From Candidatus Omnitrophota bacterium (GTDB lineage Bacteria > Omnitrophota > Gorgyraeia > Zapsychrales > Zapsychraceae), in the NCBI GenBank assembly GCA_035292445.1, contig DATDQB010000013.1, forward strand, positions 82,132 to 146,131: a stretch of 64,000 nucleotides of DNA, given 5' to 3'. Both the position numbers and the translations under genes were made by a program. This document shows positions 1 to 11,000 of the stretch, piece after piece (the first letter of the stretch is position 1; each line of letters starts with the position of its first letter). The notes under the pieces are model-generated. The model made no database searches, had not been told where the DNA came from, and saw only the letters and a program-made list of their open reading frames with translations.

Positions 1-3000
1 AGCATCCACACCTTTGACTTGCCTGTAGCTTCATCATACACAACGGTAAATTCCATATCCTGAACGTCGCGCCTGTTTTCCTCCAAATAAGCACCGATAA
101 GCCGGATATGTTTGGCCACCTCCAATAAACGTTCCATCAACCGATCGAAATTCAGGATTTCTTCCTTCCCTAAACTGCCATCGACAACTGCCTCTCCTTG
201 GGCATTGAAAGCAAAATCGATATTAAACTCTTTTGTCCCATCCCCCATGTCTCTGGTATGGGCAACACCTGTACCGGAATAATCGTTCAGATTTCCCAAA
301 ACCATTGATTGAATAGTAACGGCCGAACGTCCTTGTTCCGCCGTTAAGGGCGGATCCTGATTTGCTCTATAAACAATGGCCCGTTCATTATTGCTTGATC
401 TCATAACGGCCACAACCGCCCCTACCACCTGCTCATCAATATCCTGTGGAAACTCCAAACCTCTATCAGCCAATATCTGCTTAAACGTTCTAATAAGTTC
501 TTTTTGGGCTTCGACAGAAAGTCGGCTCTGATTCGATACCCCTTCTCTTTCAAGCATCCTTTCTTTCACCAACTTAAAATTGACCGGACTATTATCAACT
601 TCTTCTTCGATACCTAAGACCGTTTGACCGTACATTTCAATAGCGCGGGCATAACTTCCCCAGGCGCTTCTCTCATTGGTCGCTTCAACCAAAGCTTCAA
701 CCGTTTCATCGTTAAGACCTAAATTTAAGACCGTTTCCATCATGCCCGGCATGGACTCTGGGGCCCCGGAACGGACAGAAACGAGATGAGGAATGCCTTC
801 TCCCTTTCTAGCCCCCCACACCGTTCCCATGGACTGCGCTTGAACTCGAACAAGTTGTTTAATACGTTCTACAAGTTCGGATGATAATTTTCCTGTCTCA
901 CCCTCCTCAAAATGTAGCGTCTGCTCTGTGGCTACCGTCCCGGCCAGAGGAACGCTAATCGGATATTTACCGGCTAAAACATCTTCTCTTGTAATGCCAA
1001 ATCTTGCTAACCATGCCGGATCATCGGCATGGGCCTTTTGCCACTCTAAAAATGCTCTTGCATCATCATGGGCCATTTCAGCTAAATTGGCGCCCTTTCC
1101 TCCCAATACCATCTTCATTTTCACATTCCCTTTAGGCAGCTGGCGATCGATATCGGCGCCATAGTTGCCAACAAAATAAATCGGCGGATGCTCATCCCCC
1201 TCGAACGCCTCGGTGCCGGCGAGCATAGCGGAATCTTCCGGAACAAAAGCGCTCAAGCTCACCCCAATGGGCAACCCCCGCTTGTTCGGCCAAAGCATGG
1301 GTTCTCTGGTGGTCTTCAAACCGGCAAGAACAACTGCCAAATGATATTCTTCGTAAGGCAATATATACTGACCAGGCCAATGCGTTCCCTGATAGGCCGG
1401 AGCCAGCGTCTGCTCCAGCGCCATGGGTTGATTGATATCATTAGGAACCTCCTCAACCAATTGGTTAGCGCGCGGCTTGTGCAGCTCCAAAAGCCGCATG
1501 TGGTAATTCGGCCTGCCGGGTTCTTTTTCTATCCATCGCCTGAGGAAATTAATGAAATCAGCGGCAACCACATAACCAGGGAGCAAACGTCCCTGCGGTT
1601 CATCATCGCTGTACGAACCCTCAAATTGGGAAATGACCAACTGTGTCAACATCTCTTCATCGGAAGGAATATCATTTTCTTTTATGCCCAACTTTAATAA
1701 CGCTGCCGTTAAACGCGAGCGATCAACGGATTGAACGGCGCGACGAATAATTTCTCTGGCCTGATCTCTATCCTTTATTTTTAAACGTCTTTCATGAGGA
1801 ATAAACTCCTCGGTGTGGACAAAATCATCTTTGTCATAACCGCTAAGACCTATGGCATCCAATCGAGCCTTTAAATCCTCATTAAAATCTTCCGGGTCCG
1901 TAACATCGGCCCACATCACAATAACATGCAGCCCCTCAATGCCATCAAACTCCGCCATGGTGTCACGTTCCCGCCCCAAGGCCGCTTCATTGAAATCGGA
2001 AACCACAACCACCAACGGATGCGTTTTCAGATTCTTTCCGCGATCGGTGTACTTAAGAATATAACGGGTAACATCCCTTGCCAATTGAGCATCTCCGGAT
2101 CCCATATTGAAGAACCCGACAGACTGTTTATTTAAAGGTGTATTGTGATAAAGGTCGCGCACAAAGGTAAGAATACCGTCTTTAGTAATCTCTCCCGTCT
2201 CTTCATCAAATTCTCCCATATACGCATGATGCGCGCCGGAGGAACCCCAGATATCTTTGACCCGCCCGAATCGTCCCATGTGTTCATCGCTGTTTAGATT
2301 CAGCCGATTGGGATCACCGAACAAAAAATCCTCGAGATGAGCATCAATCAATGAATAAGCATCTGTCACGCCGTAAGAAGTGACTTTATCAAAAAAGGCT
2401 CTTCCCTTGTCTGTCAGGCTTACGAGTTGTTTATCAGCTTTAACAAGACCCTGCGCGTGCAGAAGCCGGAAAGCCTCATAAATAAAACCTTTGTTAAACT
2501 GTGCCGGCAGACGATCAAAAAAGAGATACCCGTTTTCATCAAACAACTCAAGAATGGAAGGGCCGATCTTGCTGATGATCCGATTTTCTATATTAAAAAA
2601 AGGCATCCCTAAAGAAACCATGACAGGGCTCATGAGCATTCCAATAAAATAGGAATGGATATGAATCAGGCCGCGCTGCAGGACAGGCATGGGCAACTGC
2701 GAAGAAAGCTTGGGTAAAACGATTTTGACCATTTCTAAATCTTGTTGATCCAACTCACTGGCAAGAATATTAAATATTTCAGAATATTCACTGTAATTTT
2801 TCTTCTTTAAGCGTTCAATAACACGTGTATATCTTTCGACCTTATCAACCAACTCTATAAATTCATCGTACGCCTTATGCACATCATCGCCTTTCCTTAT
2901 TGGCGGCCCCCGGCGAAAATAATCATGATATTCCAAAGCATTGGCTATGGCCCCATCAAAGGTTTCTAAATAACCCACTTTCGCCAGCTCGACCATCAAC

Positions 3001-4793
3001 CATCCCAAGTCCGTCAAGGCGACCTGTGTATCTTCATAGGCTGGTTTCATGCGCACAAGCCCCAAATGGGCCATATTCTCAAAAGCGCCGTAGATGTAAG
3101 CAAGATTTTCCTCACGGCCCTGGACCACTTCTTTGATCGAAACAAATCGGGAAGATCCGGGTTGGCCAAAACGGCTATCAAAGATTCCTTGTTGAGCCAG
3201 CGTATGCACGATGGGAACGCCTTTTTGCCCGTTGATATGCCGGAATAACGGATAAAGAACGTCCCTGGCCTGACTGATATTAACCCTGCCATCCAGGGCA
3301 ATACCCAGGCGGTCATGACGGCGTTGGGCCTCCCGAAGAGACATCAGTATGCCATCGATCTGGCGCTGTAAACGATCCCAATCTTCTCTTTCGCTTTCTT
3401 TATCAACTGTTGAAATGTCTCGTTGTAATCGAGTCAACCGACCACTTAACTCTCGAACCTCTCGTCCCATCCGCTCATGTTCCGCGACTAAAGTTACATA
3501 GGGCGCTGTCCTTAAGTTTTCATCGGCCGTCGCTTGAACCGTCATGGCATTGTCCAATTGAATATAAGGACCCGCCCTCAACGCTTCATACTCAGTCAAG
3601 TCTGGACGTACGCCTAAGAGCCCTACCGTAATACTATGAATGGACCCGTGGGCCAGCTGAGCGGCATCTGCCGGTGTCAGCTCTTCCACGCCAATAGGCG
3701 TGATTTCAGGCACAATCTTTGCCCCACCGGAGAAATACTTTCTGGGAATGATCTCTTGAGTGGCCGGGTCGTAATCTTCTTTGATAAAATCGTACACGCC
3801 TTTTTGGAAGGCCTGGAGATACTGCTCGTAAATTTTCTGCTTGGCCTGCGGGTCATCCGTATCAACGCCTTTGGTCTTGTTCTGATCGACATAAACTTTG
3901 GAAAGAATACTTTCTTTGAGAGTTTCCTTGTACCACGTGGCCAGAATGACGGCGTTATAGATCTGGCGCAAACCGGCGAAGGTCTTGCCCTCATTGATCT
4001 CTTTCTCGATCTCAGGAAGAACAATTTCTCGCATAATTTGAGTCATCAGTCGTCGGTCATCAGTCGTCAGATTTTCATGCGTTGACTGAAGACTGATGTC
4101 TGATGTCTGATGACTGATAGCTAAATAATCCTCTTCCAACATGACCTTCAGATGGCTGGCAACGATATAAGCGCTGCCTTGATGCTCCAAGACAACAGCC
4201 TTGTCCGGCACGATCCACACCTTGTTAAAAGTATTCATCGGGATGTCGGTCGTGCCGAATTTCTCAAAAGCTTTTTTGTGGACGCGTTTCCAGAATTCTT
4301 TGCCTAAATCATCTTCCGGATAGATCAGGGAAGCCGTCAGCTGTTTTAAAAGATAATCCTGACTCAAAAGATCGCGGCCCATTTCGGTGACACCGAAGGA
4401 TTCCGGAACAATACGACCTTTTTCGTAAGGTGAGAGATTAACCCAAAGCTCATCTTCCGGAACCGTTAAGGAGGCCAGAAAATATTTAATCAATCTGCTC
4501 GCTTCAACCCGCAAGGCTTCGCCCTCCAGGTTTTCATCGCCTGTATCAACAATAAAATCGAATTCAAGAGGATTGGTAGGATTCGGCGTGATGCCTTTAA
4601 TCAGAGCGGGCGTAAATCCGGGGCTTAGGGCGACCATGGTTCCGGGTGCTGGCAAGCTGAACATCCCCGGCGCGGGTAGAGATTGCGCAAAGGCCGTTGG
4701 CGGCGGAATAATAGCGCTTAAAAGAAAGCTGGCGCAAATGAAAGCGCAGAAAAGACGGTAAGCTAAAGATTTTTTGTATTGTGGATGAAACAT
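1..4793 (-). CDS. Giant multi-module secreted protein, paralog A. Start codon at 4793; ORF leaves the window at nt 1 (more than 1597 aa here). Signal peptide, conserved N-module, unknown middle module, then a pyruvate,phosphate dikinase-like module (nt ~1245 to 1 and beyond).
   Basis: Hand translation of the minus strand from ATG at 4793 gives MFHPQYKKSLAYRLFCAFICASFLLSAIIPPPTAFAQ-SLPAPGMFSLPAPGTMVAL..., then a block closely matching the N-termini of the 5097..12530, 14589..27587 and 27900..31268 ORFs (TVPEDELWVNLSPYEK, TEMGRDLLSQDYLLKQLTASLIYPE, NTFNKVWIVPDKA, PEIEKEINEGKTFAGLRQIYNAVILATWYK, IPRKYFSGG). I saw no in-frame stop down to nt 1. The ORF track omits it because its stop lies outside the window. 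The downstream module carries PPDK hallmarks: MVLGGKGANLAEM, HLVSVRSGAPESMPGMMETVLNLGLND, AIVYRANQDPPLTAEQ, GTGVAHTRDMGDG, DMEFTVVYDE. A Shine-Dalgarno-like AAGGGCAGGA lies upstream of the ATG. Confidence 0.75.
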   Translation of the reverse strand, partial: MFHPQYKKSLAYRLFCAFICASFLLSAIIPPPTAFAQSLPAPGMFSLPAPGTMVALSPGFTPALIKGITPNPTNPLEFDFIVDTGDENLEGEALRVEASRLIKYFLASLTVPEDELWVNLSPYEKGRIVPESFGVTEMGRDLLSQDYLLKQLTASLIYPEDDLGKEFWKRVHKKAFEKFGTTDIPMNTFNKVWIVPDKAVVLEHQGSAYIVASHLKVMLEEDYLAISHQTSDISLQSTHENLTTDDRRLMTQIMREIVLPEIEKEINEGKTFAGLRQIYNAVILATWYKETLKESILSKVYVDQNKTKGVDTDDPQAKQKIYEQYLQAFQKGVYDFIKEDYDPATQEIIPRKYFSGGAKIVPEITPIGVEELTPADAAQLAHGSIHSITVGLLGVRPDLTEYEALRAGPYIQLDNAMTVQATADENLRTAPYVTLVAEHERMGREVRELSGRLTRLQRDISTVDKESEREDWDRLQRQIDGILMSLREAQRRHDRLGIALDGRVNISQARDVLYPLFRHINGQKGVPIVHTLAQQGIFDSRFGQPGSSRFVSIKEVVQGREENLAYIYGAFENMAHLGLVRMKPAYEDTQVALTDLGWLMVELAKVGYLETFDGAIANALEYHDYFRRGPPIRKGDDVHKAYDEFIELVDKVERYTRVIERLKKKNYSEYSEIFNILASELDQQDLEMVKIVLPKLSSQLPMPVLQRGLIHIHSYFIGMLMSPVMVSLGMPFFNIENRIISKIGPSILELFDENGYLFFDRLPAQFNKGFIYEAFRLLHAQGLVKADKQLVSLTDKGRAFFDKVTSYGVTDAYSLIDAHLEDFLFGDPNRLNLNSDEHMGRFGRVKDIWGSSGAHHAYMGEFDEETGEITKDGILTFVRDLYHNTPLNKQSVGFFNMGSGDAQLARDVTRYILKYTDRGKNLKTHPLVVVVSDFNEAALGRERDTMAEFDGIEGLHVIVMWADVTDPEDFNEDLKARLDAIGLSGYDKDDFVHTEEFIPHERRLKIKDRDQAREIIRRAVQSVDRSRLTAALLKLGIKENDIPSDEEMLTQLVISQFEGSYSDDEPQGRLLPGYVVAADFINFLRRWIEKEPGRPNYHMRLLELHKPRANQLVEEVPNDINQPMALEQTLAPAYQGTHWPGQYILPYEEYHLAVVLAGLKTTREPMLWPNKRGLPIGVSLSAFVPEDSAMLAGTEAFEGDEHPPIYFVGNYGADIDRQLPKGNVKMKMVLGGKGANLAEMAHDDARAFLEWQKAHADDPAWLARFGITREDVLAGKYPISVPLAGTVATEQTLHFEEGETGKLSSELVERIKQLVRVQAQSMGTVWGARKGEGIPHLVSVRSGAPESMPGMMETVLNLGLNDETVEALVEATNERSAWGSYARAIEMYGQTVLGIEEEVDNSPVNFKLVKERMLEREGVSNQSRLSVEAQKELIRTFKQILADRGLEFPQDIDEQVVGAVVAVMRSSNNERAIVYRANQDPPLTAEQGRSAVTIQSMVLGNLNDYSGTGVAHTRDMGDGTKEFNIDFAFNAQGEAVVDGSLGKEEILNFDRLMERLLEVAKHIRLIGAYLEENRRDVQDMEFTVVYDEATGKSKVWM

Positions 4794-4924
4794 AAATCCT
4801 GCCCTTTTGTGAATAGTTAATAGTAAATCGTAAATAGTACAATACACAATTAACTATTGATCATTAACTATAAACGACTATTTCTTTTTGGGATTGAATG
4901 CAGTGCTTCCGGATGGAAATGATT

Positions 4925-4940
4925 ATCCGTTTTACCGTGG
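4925..4940. promoter_or_regulatory. Conserved CCGTGGCAGGAT 12-mer ~135 nt upstream of the gene A start. The same 12-mer lies at 27839..27850 upstream of gene C, and a related CGTGGCAATGAT at ~31327 upstream of gene D.
   Basis: Exact 12-mer shared by two 5' leaders, plus a related 10/12 copy in a third. Function unknown: it could be an operator, a leader-RNA element, or chance. Confidence 0.25.
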
Positions 4941-5096
4941 CAGGATTTTTTGAATAATTATCTATTGATAATTATGACTAAATTATATCACGCGAAAAGG
5001 CAATTGCAAGCCCGGGAAAGGGTTTTCTTTTTATATAACATGTTGATATTAAATAAGTTGTGTGAATGTTGAAAAAAATCAGGATAAATAAAAGAA

Positions 5097-8000
5097 TTAA
5101 TTCAAGAGGCTGACCTTTTCAGGTTCTTTGGCTTGGACGTCAGGATTCAATCCAAATTCGTTTTCCTCTTCTTCCCCGCCCAATCCCAACAATAACGGCA
5201 GGTTCGTGACCGGTGTCACGTTAATGATGATGGGAATAAAGCCTTCGATGTGCATCTGTTGGATGGGCTGCTGGTTCATCGGCAGCGGAATGCCTTTGTC
5301 ATCGCGTTTAATTTGCAAATCTAAAAGTGCGGGGTTCAGATCGATACCACCGACCGGCCCCTGGTCTTGCGCCAACTGGGCGCCATCGGCTGGGCCTATA
5401 GCTCCTTCAACAGCACCTTTTAATTGAACAATAGTAAACGGCTTCGCCAAAATACCCAAATAATCTGAGGAACCCGCTACTTCGGCAGAAGGCGCTCCTT
5501 CATAATAACCGGACATGAGCTGCACCTTGATGCCGGGATGATTCCTGACAACATGGTCTGCCAGACTAAATCCGGTTTCATCCGGCATCACAATATCCGA
5601 TAAGACTAACACAAATTCCTGCTGAGATAATTGCTCTCTTGCTTCGGCGGCACTGGAAACAACCGTTACTTGATAACCAGCTCGCTCCAAAATCCGTCGG
5701 GCTACATTGCCCACAGATGCTTCATCATCCACCACGAGAACCCGCCGTGTTACCATCGCATTATCACCGTGGACGAAATCAGCTTCTATAAACCCACGTA
5801 ACGTTTCGCCGAAGGCTTCATCTTTTGAAATGACCCGCTTGATATCACCGGGCGACGCGGCTTGACGGTACAATTCCTTGGATGCTGTATCCCCAGCCCC
5901 AAAATCTCCAGACATCAAGATGACCGGAATATTGGGGAAATTAACATCCGCGACCCTTAGATCTGCCAGCGCTCTCGTTAATGCTATACCGCTGATCCGC
6001 GGCATGTTCAGATCTGTTAATATACCTGCAAAACGTGTCGGATTAGCTCGAATAATATCTAAGGCTATTTTCCCATCTTGGGCAACAACAACTCGGTAAC
6101 CCAGGCCTTCTAACATCTCTTTAAAATCTTCTCTTAAACCCGCATTGTCCTCGACAAGCAAAATCTCGCCCGTCACCATGGCTTGATCGGCGGATCCGAA
6201 GACTTCAGCGGCCATGGCCGAATCTCCAGAAACACTTCTTTGATTTCCGTCTCGATCAAAATAATAAAAATGCGTTTGTTGCCTCACATCTATTATAAAG
6301 ACAATAGGATAAACAAAAGCCCTGCCGCCAACATGACTGACATAAAATTCCCGCCTCTCGTTCACGGCCCTTAAAACACCCTCGCGTTCAACAAGAATGG
6401 AATCCGGAATCACGGCTTCCTTCAGAGGAAGCTCTTCCCCTAATTGGGCCAATATAACGCCCATTTTCTTGACCATTTCAGAATAAGCTTTAACGATAAA
6501 TCGAATATTGAGTAATTCGACCGGCCTTCTTAAAACAGAAAGATTCGCTTCCGTAACGTTCTGGATATCCATCGACTCTAACTCTCGCGTTGCTTCACTG
6601 ATGGTGGTGAGCAATTCATCGTCCTGAATTTGCGCATCCAGGGCGATATCTGACACTTTAGTGTAAACATTTTCTATCGATGATTTCTGCGCCCCCCTAT
6701 CTCCTCTGGTTTGACCGCGTAAAACTCTATCAGCCGCGATGTATTGTTTCATAATATCCGCGAACCTTAACAATTGTTCTCTTACTTCCGGGACGTCTTG
6801 AACACCGACGCCATAAAATGTAGCGCGAAGCTTCCTCGCCCGCTCAAAATCTTGGTCCCCTATCATCGCCGCGTCAGCCACTTGCGAGTCTGTCGAGACG
6901 TCGCTTGATAAAGCTTCTAATTGTGTTTCGACCATAGGAATATATTTAGTAATATCGGTTGCACTTAATAATAAAACCTGTGCTTGTAAAGCTAACCTTT
7001 CAGCTAATCCAAAATTCTGCGACTTTTGTTCAGCTATCCCTTCTTTCGTGACATTCGATGTGATCTGCGTATAAAATCGGATCGCTTGAGAAGTTCCTGA
7101 AGGGCGGATAGTGATATGATTTCTGCTATTAGTAAACGGGACCCCTGGCTCCAACGCTTCATCATCAAGAAAGAATCTAATGCCTTCATCCGGAAAACCT
7201 TCATAATGCTGAGCGTCATAACGCCCGGATTTGAATTCGACCGCGCCAATAATTCTTTGGCCAGATAAGACCCAAGGATTATCGGTTTGCGCCCGCGCAT
7301 TCGCTTCTTGCATCCATTCTTGAGCCTTCCTTAATAATTTAATTTTCTCCGTAATACCTTCAGCGCCTTCGAACGAGCCCACACGGGGCAAAGGCTTATT
7401 GGCTGTTGCATAATGACCGATCTGCATATAAATATCATCCAATAATTCGAATATCATTGTGCCCCGTTCTTTGGCGTAAGCTGCCACCTCTAACGCCAGG
7501 ATACCCGCAAAAACACCGTCTTTATCATTAACATGCCCGTCATCGGCTAAGATCTCTCCTTCGGCAACTGGCCCCCCCATAATGGAATAACCATTGGACT
7601 CTTCCTGCGATCCCTCATTGGTTAAACCCCGTTCACGCATCCTTTCAGCATACTGAGCTTGATACGTCATTCCCACCCATGCACGACGGCCGCTTAGATA
7701 ATCTCCCCTGTTCTCTTTTCCTGTCACATCCAACATCTCTCCGAGAGCTTGAACCCCGAACAAAGCCGCCACTTCCTCGATAGCATCTGTTGTAACATGG
7801 CTTAAACTAACAAAATGCTGCTGGGGATTCTCTAATAATCCCAGTTCTTTCTTTCTCATAAGCCTATACCATGTTAACAATGTCCAAAGATCATTTGCCG
7901 ACAATAAGCGATATTTGCCGAATAACTGCTGTTGGCTCTCAGGTACTTTGACAATCAGCCCTAAACGATCCGCATCGGGATCCGTTCCGATCAAGACATC

Positions 8001-11000
8001 TAACTGATCGAAAGCTTCCTGGCCATGCTCGGCTATAAATTCTTTTACAGCAATGTCCGCCGAAATCGAATCGCCGGGATCAGGCTGTTCTCCCCAACCA
8101 AAAGCCGGGAACAACCCGTCCAATTCCTGTAATTTTGAAATGACTTTATAATCCGTAAAACCTAACTCGGACAACAATCTGGGAACCGCTTTATTGCCCG
8201 ATCCGTTAAATGCCGAAAAGCCGATTCTTAAATTACCCGCTTGTTTTTGAACAACATCATTATCAATAATAAATTTTTTGACCTGCTCCGCATGCAACGT
8301 ATGCATGTCAATTAAATTGCCCGGCCTGCTGACATCAACTCCTTTATAATCCTTACCGTCAACGGGTGTTGCTCCGCCCAGCCATATTAATCGGCCCTCA
8401 CCAGCTTCTTCTAATGCTTTTAACTTGATATCAGCTACCGTTGTAGCATTGATAGCTTTTAAAACTTCATTCTTCATGCTTTGGGGTAACTGGGCTCCCG
8501 TGTTGTTGGTAATTTTATATCCATTGTACTGGCTTGGATTATGGCTGGCTGAGATAAGAATGCCGATATCCGCCCGAACAGCTTGTGTTGTGACACCAAA
8601 AGATAATTCCGGGAACGGGCTTGCTTCATCAAACAAATAAACAGTAAATGGATAATCCTCGCTAGACTGCCCAATAAAACTTTGTGCGATCATCTCGGCA
8701 AACTGCTCACCGGCGATCCGGCTGTCAAAGCCAATGGCGACTTTATGAAATCCGTTTGCTTTCATGTAATTGATGACACCCGCGGTGTATCGTAAAAGAA
8801 CAATATCATTGATCGTATTCGGCCCCTTCAGGATACCTGCGCCGGGCCCATAGGTTTTAAGCTCACGTAATTCATCCTCCGTTAACGCCGCTAATCCCCG
8901 AATACCAGCGGTTCCGAAGACGATATTTTGCCGAAACACTTCAACTAAATCCTTCCATCGCTCTTCCTGTATCGCTTTCAGTATTGCCACCTGTGTTTGT
9001 GGAGAAATCCTCTCGATATCAGGATTCGTTGCCCAAGCTTGGAGGTTGGGAAATGTTTCAGCAAGGGCTTTATTGAATATTTCATCGGTGATCCTTCCTT
9101 CACTATGTTGTTCTCTTAAGTAGTCCTCAATGCTACCTTTTGCAGAAGCAACCACCGAATTTCGACTCACCAGCATTGCGCGATCGGGTGAAAAGATCTC
9201 AACCTCACCTTGCTGATCAATCTTTAGACTGATATTTCTTAGAATCAATCTCCCATCATCGGTTTTCTCAAAAATACCTGCATATCGAGCATCATTAAGG
9301 TCAACTATTTCTTTAAATTCACTGGCAATCGTGACACTCCCTTCCAAGACCGCTCTTTGTAAATGCACCCGGCCGGCGATGCTTAATTCATCCAAATTCG
9401 TCATATCCGTGCCATCTAAAGCCCGAATGGCATTTTCCACATCCTCATAATACGGATCCATTGCTCCAAACCCCGGAAGATGCGGCGCGGCATTGTTGAC
9501 TAAAACACCGTTTGCGGCATCCACGCTAAAATGACCGGTGTGCGCATAAAGAATATGATCAAACGCGTATTTGGTCGGGGTAAAAAAATTGGTACGGTTT
9601 TGCGGGTCAACATTAACCATATAAAGAAGCCGCTTAAAACCATATTTGTTGTCCTCCAACAAAGCGCGCACCCTCTCGTCATCGGTCGTAGTCACAAAAG
9701 CATTTAAATTTAAAAGAGCCGAACCCATGGCTCCCTCCAACTGTTTAACGCTTCGCCCCTCTTTTATTTTTGAATTACCAATCAAATCAGGCGTAACAAT
9801 CTCATTAAATTTCTCGCGGCCGATAATCTCCAACAAATCTTTTAAGAAAGGCTGAAGCACGCTGTAATTCATAACAGCGACATTGGTATTAAAAAGCTGT
9901 CCGCCAGGCTCTCCTTGCGTTAAACCCATCTCATAAAACAGCTGTTTTTGCTCGTCAGTCACTTGAGCTAATTCAAGGATTTGCGGTGCCGACTTGCCAT
10001 TAGGCAGCACTTGCCGGCCCAATTGTCCTCCCTTTTTATCCAACGGCGTTTTAGTGGTTGTAATCATAACAATAGGGATTTTATTAGTGACCATCCAGCC
10101 AATAATATAATTGTCGGGAACATTGTTGACCCCATCACCGTTATAAACGCTGCGGATTAACGCTTGGCCGTCTGTTGGTAAATCGACCGTTAAAGCGTCC
10201 TGTAAGGCCATTGAACCTAATTGCCCATGCCCGCCCGGTGCCGTAAAATCAGTGGTTAGCTCACCCGTTTCGATATCGATGACGGGTAATGAAGCCTGTT
10301 CAATCATGCGTTGGCCAAGTTCTATGCCCGGCGTTTCCTCAATCACCTGACGATAAGTTCTTCTTTGCGAAGCGGGAATAGATTGGTCGATACGGTCAAA
10401 TAGATAAATCGTTTCACCAAGAAAATGCGTCATTGGGCCGATACTCTCTTCATTAACCAACTCTTGAATAACCAAATTGGCGAATTGACCCTGTTGGGCG
10501 GCTTTAATGGCTCGAATATATTTTAATTCTGTGATGCTGACCAATTCCGTAACTGTTATGGGTTGGCCGCTTTCATCATGTCCTTGCATCTGCACTTCAA
10601 AGAATAAATCCATTGATTTGGCGCCTAACTGAGACCGTCCCGTAAGTCGCAGTAAATAATCTTTGCGTTTAACGCTCGTTCCCAAACCACCATCCATCGG
10701 ATTGGCCAAAACAATTGATTGCGCCGCGGCTTGTGCGTAGGCAGGGTTATCAGCAATTTGCGTCGTATAGCCCATTTCCCCTAATTCTTCTTTTCTTTGA
10801 TCAGAAGTCAATAAAGCAGATGGAAAAAAATTACCGCCAATCTTCAATGATTGCTCTTGTTGTGAAGAGCTTTTCGAGCGGACATATTTAGCGTAAAGAC
10901 CCGCCATATAGGAACGATCGAACCCAGCCAGGCCTAATGGGGCAACAAAGGCTTCAAATTCGGCTAGTGAAAGCATCGCCCGGTCGGTAGGAGCGCTGGC

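Noticed and set aside
1188-1697. Plus-strand ORFs of 60-180 aa scattered through 1..31268 (for example 1188..1697, 3636..4085, 18622..19167, 20010..20465, 20989..21447, 25057..25476, 26125..26559, 29821..30371)
   Set aside because: All lie antisense to the giant minus-strand genes, whose long uninterrupted frames and recognisable domains are far better supported. They are typical shadow ORFs with low-complexity Ser/Ala/Pro-rich translations.
4921-4945. TGGCAGG-N-TTTTTG upstream of gene A as a sigma-54 (-24/-12) promoter
   Set aside because: The -12 element lacks the conserved GC dinucleotide (TTGC). Only the TGGCA half resembles the consensus, so it is kept only as an unexplained conserved 12-mer.
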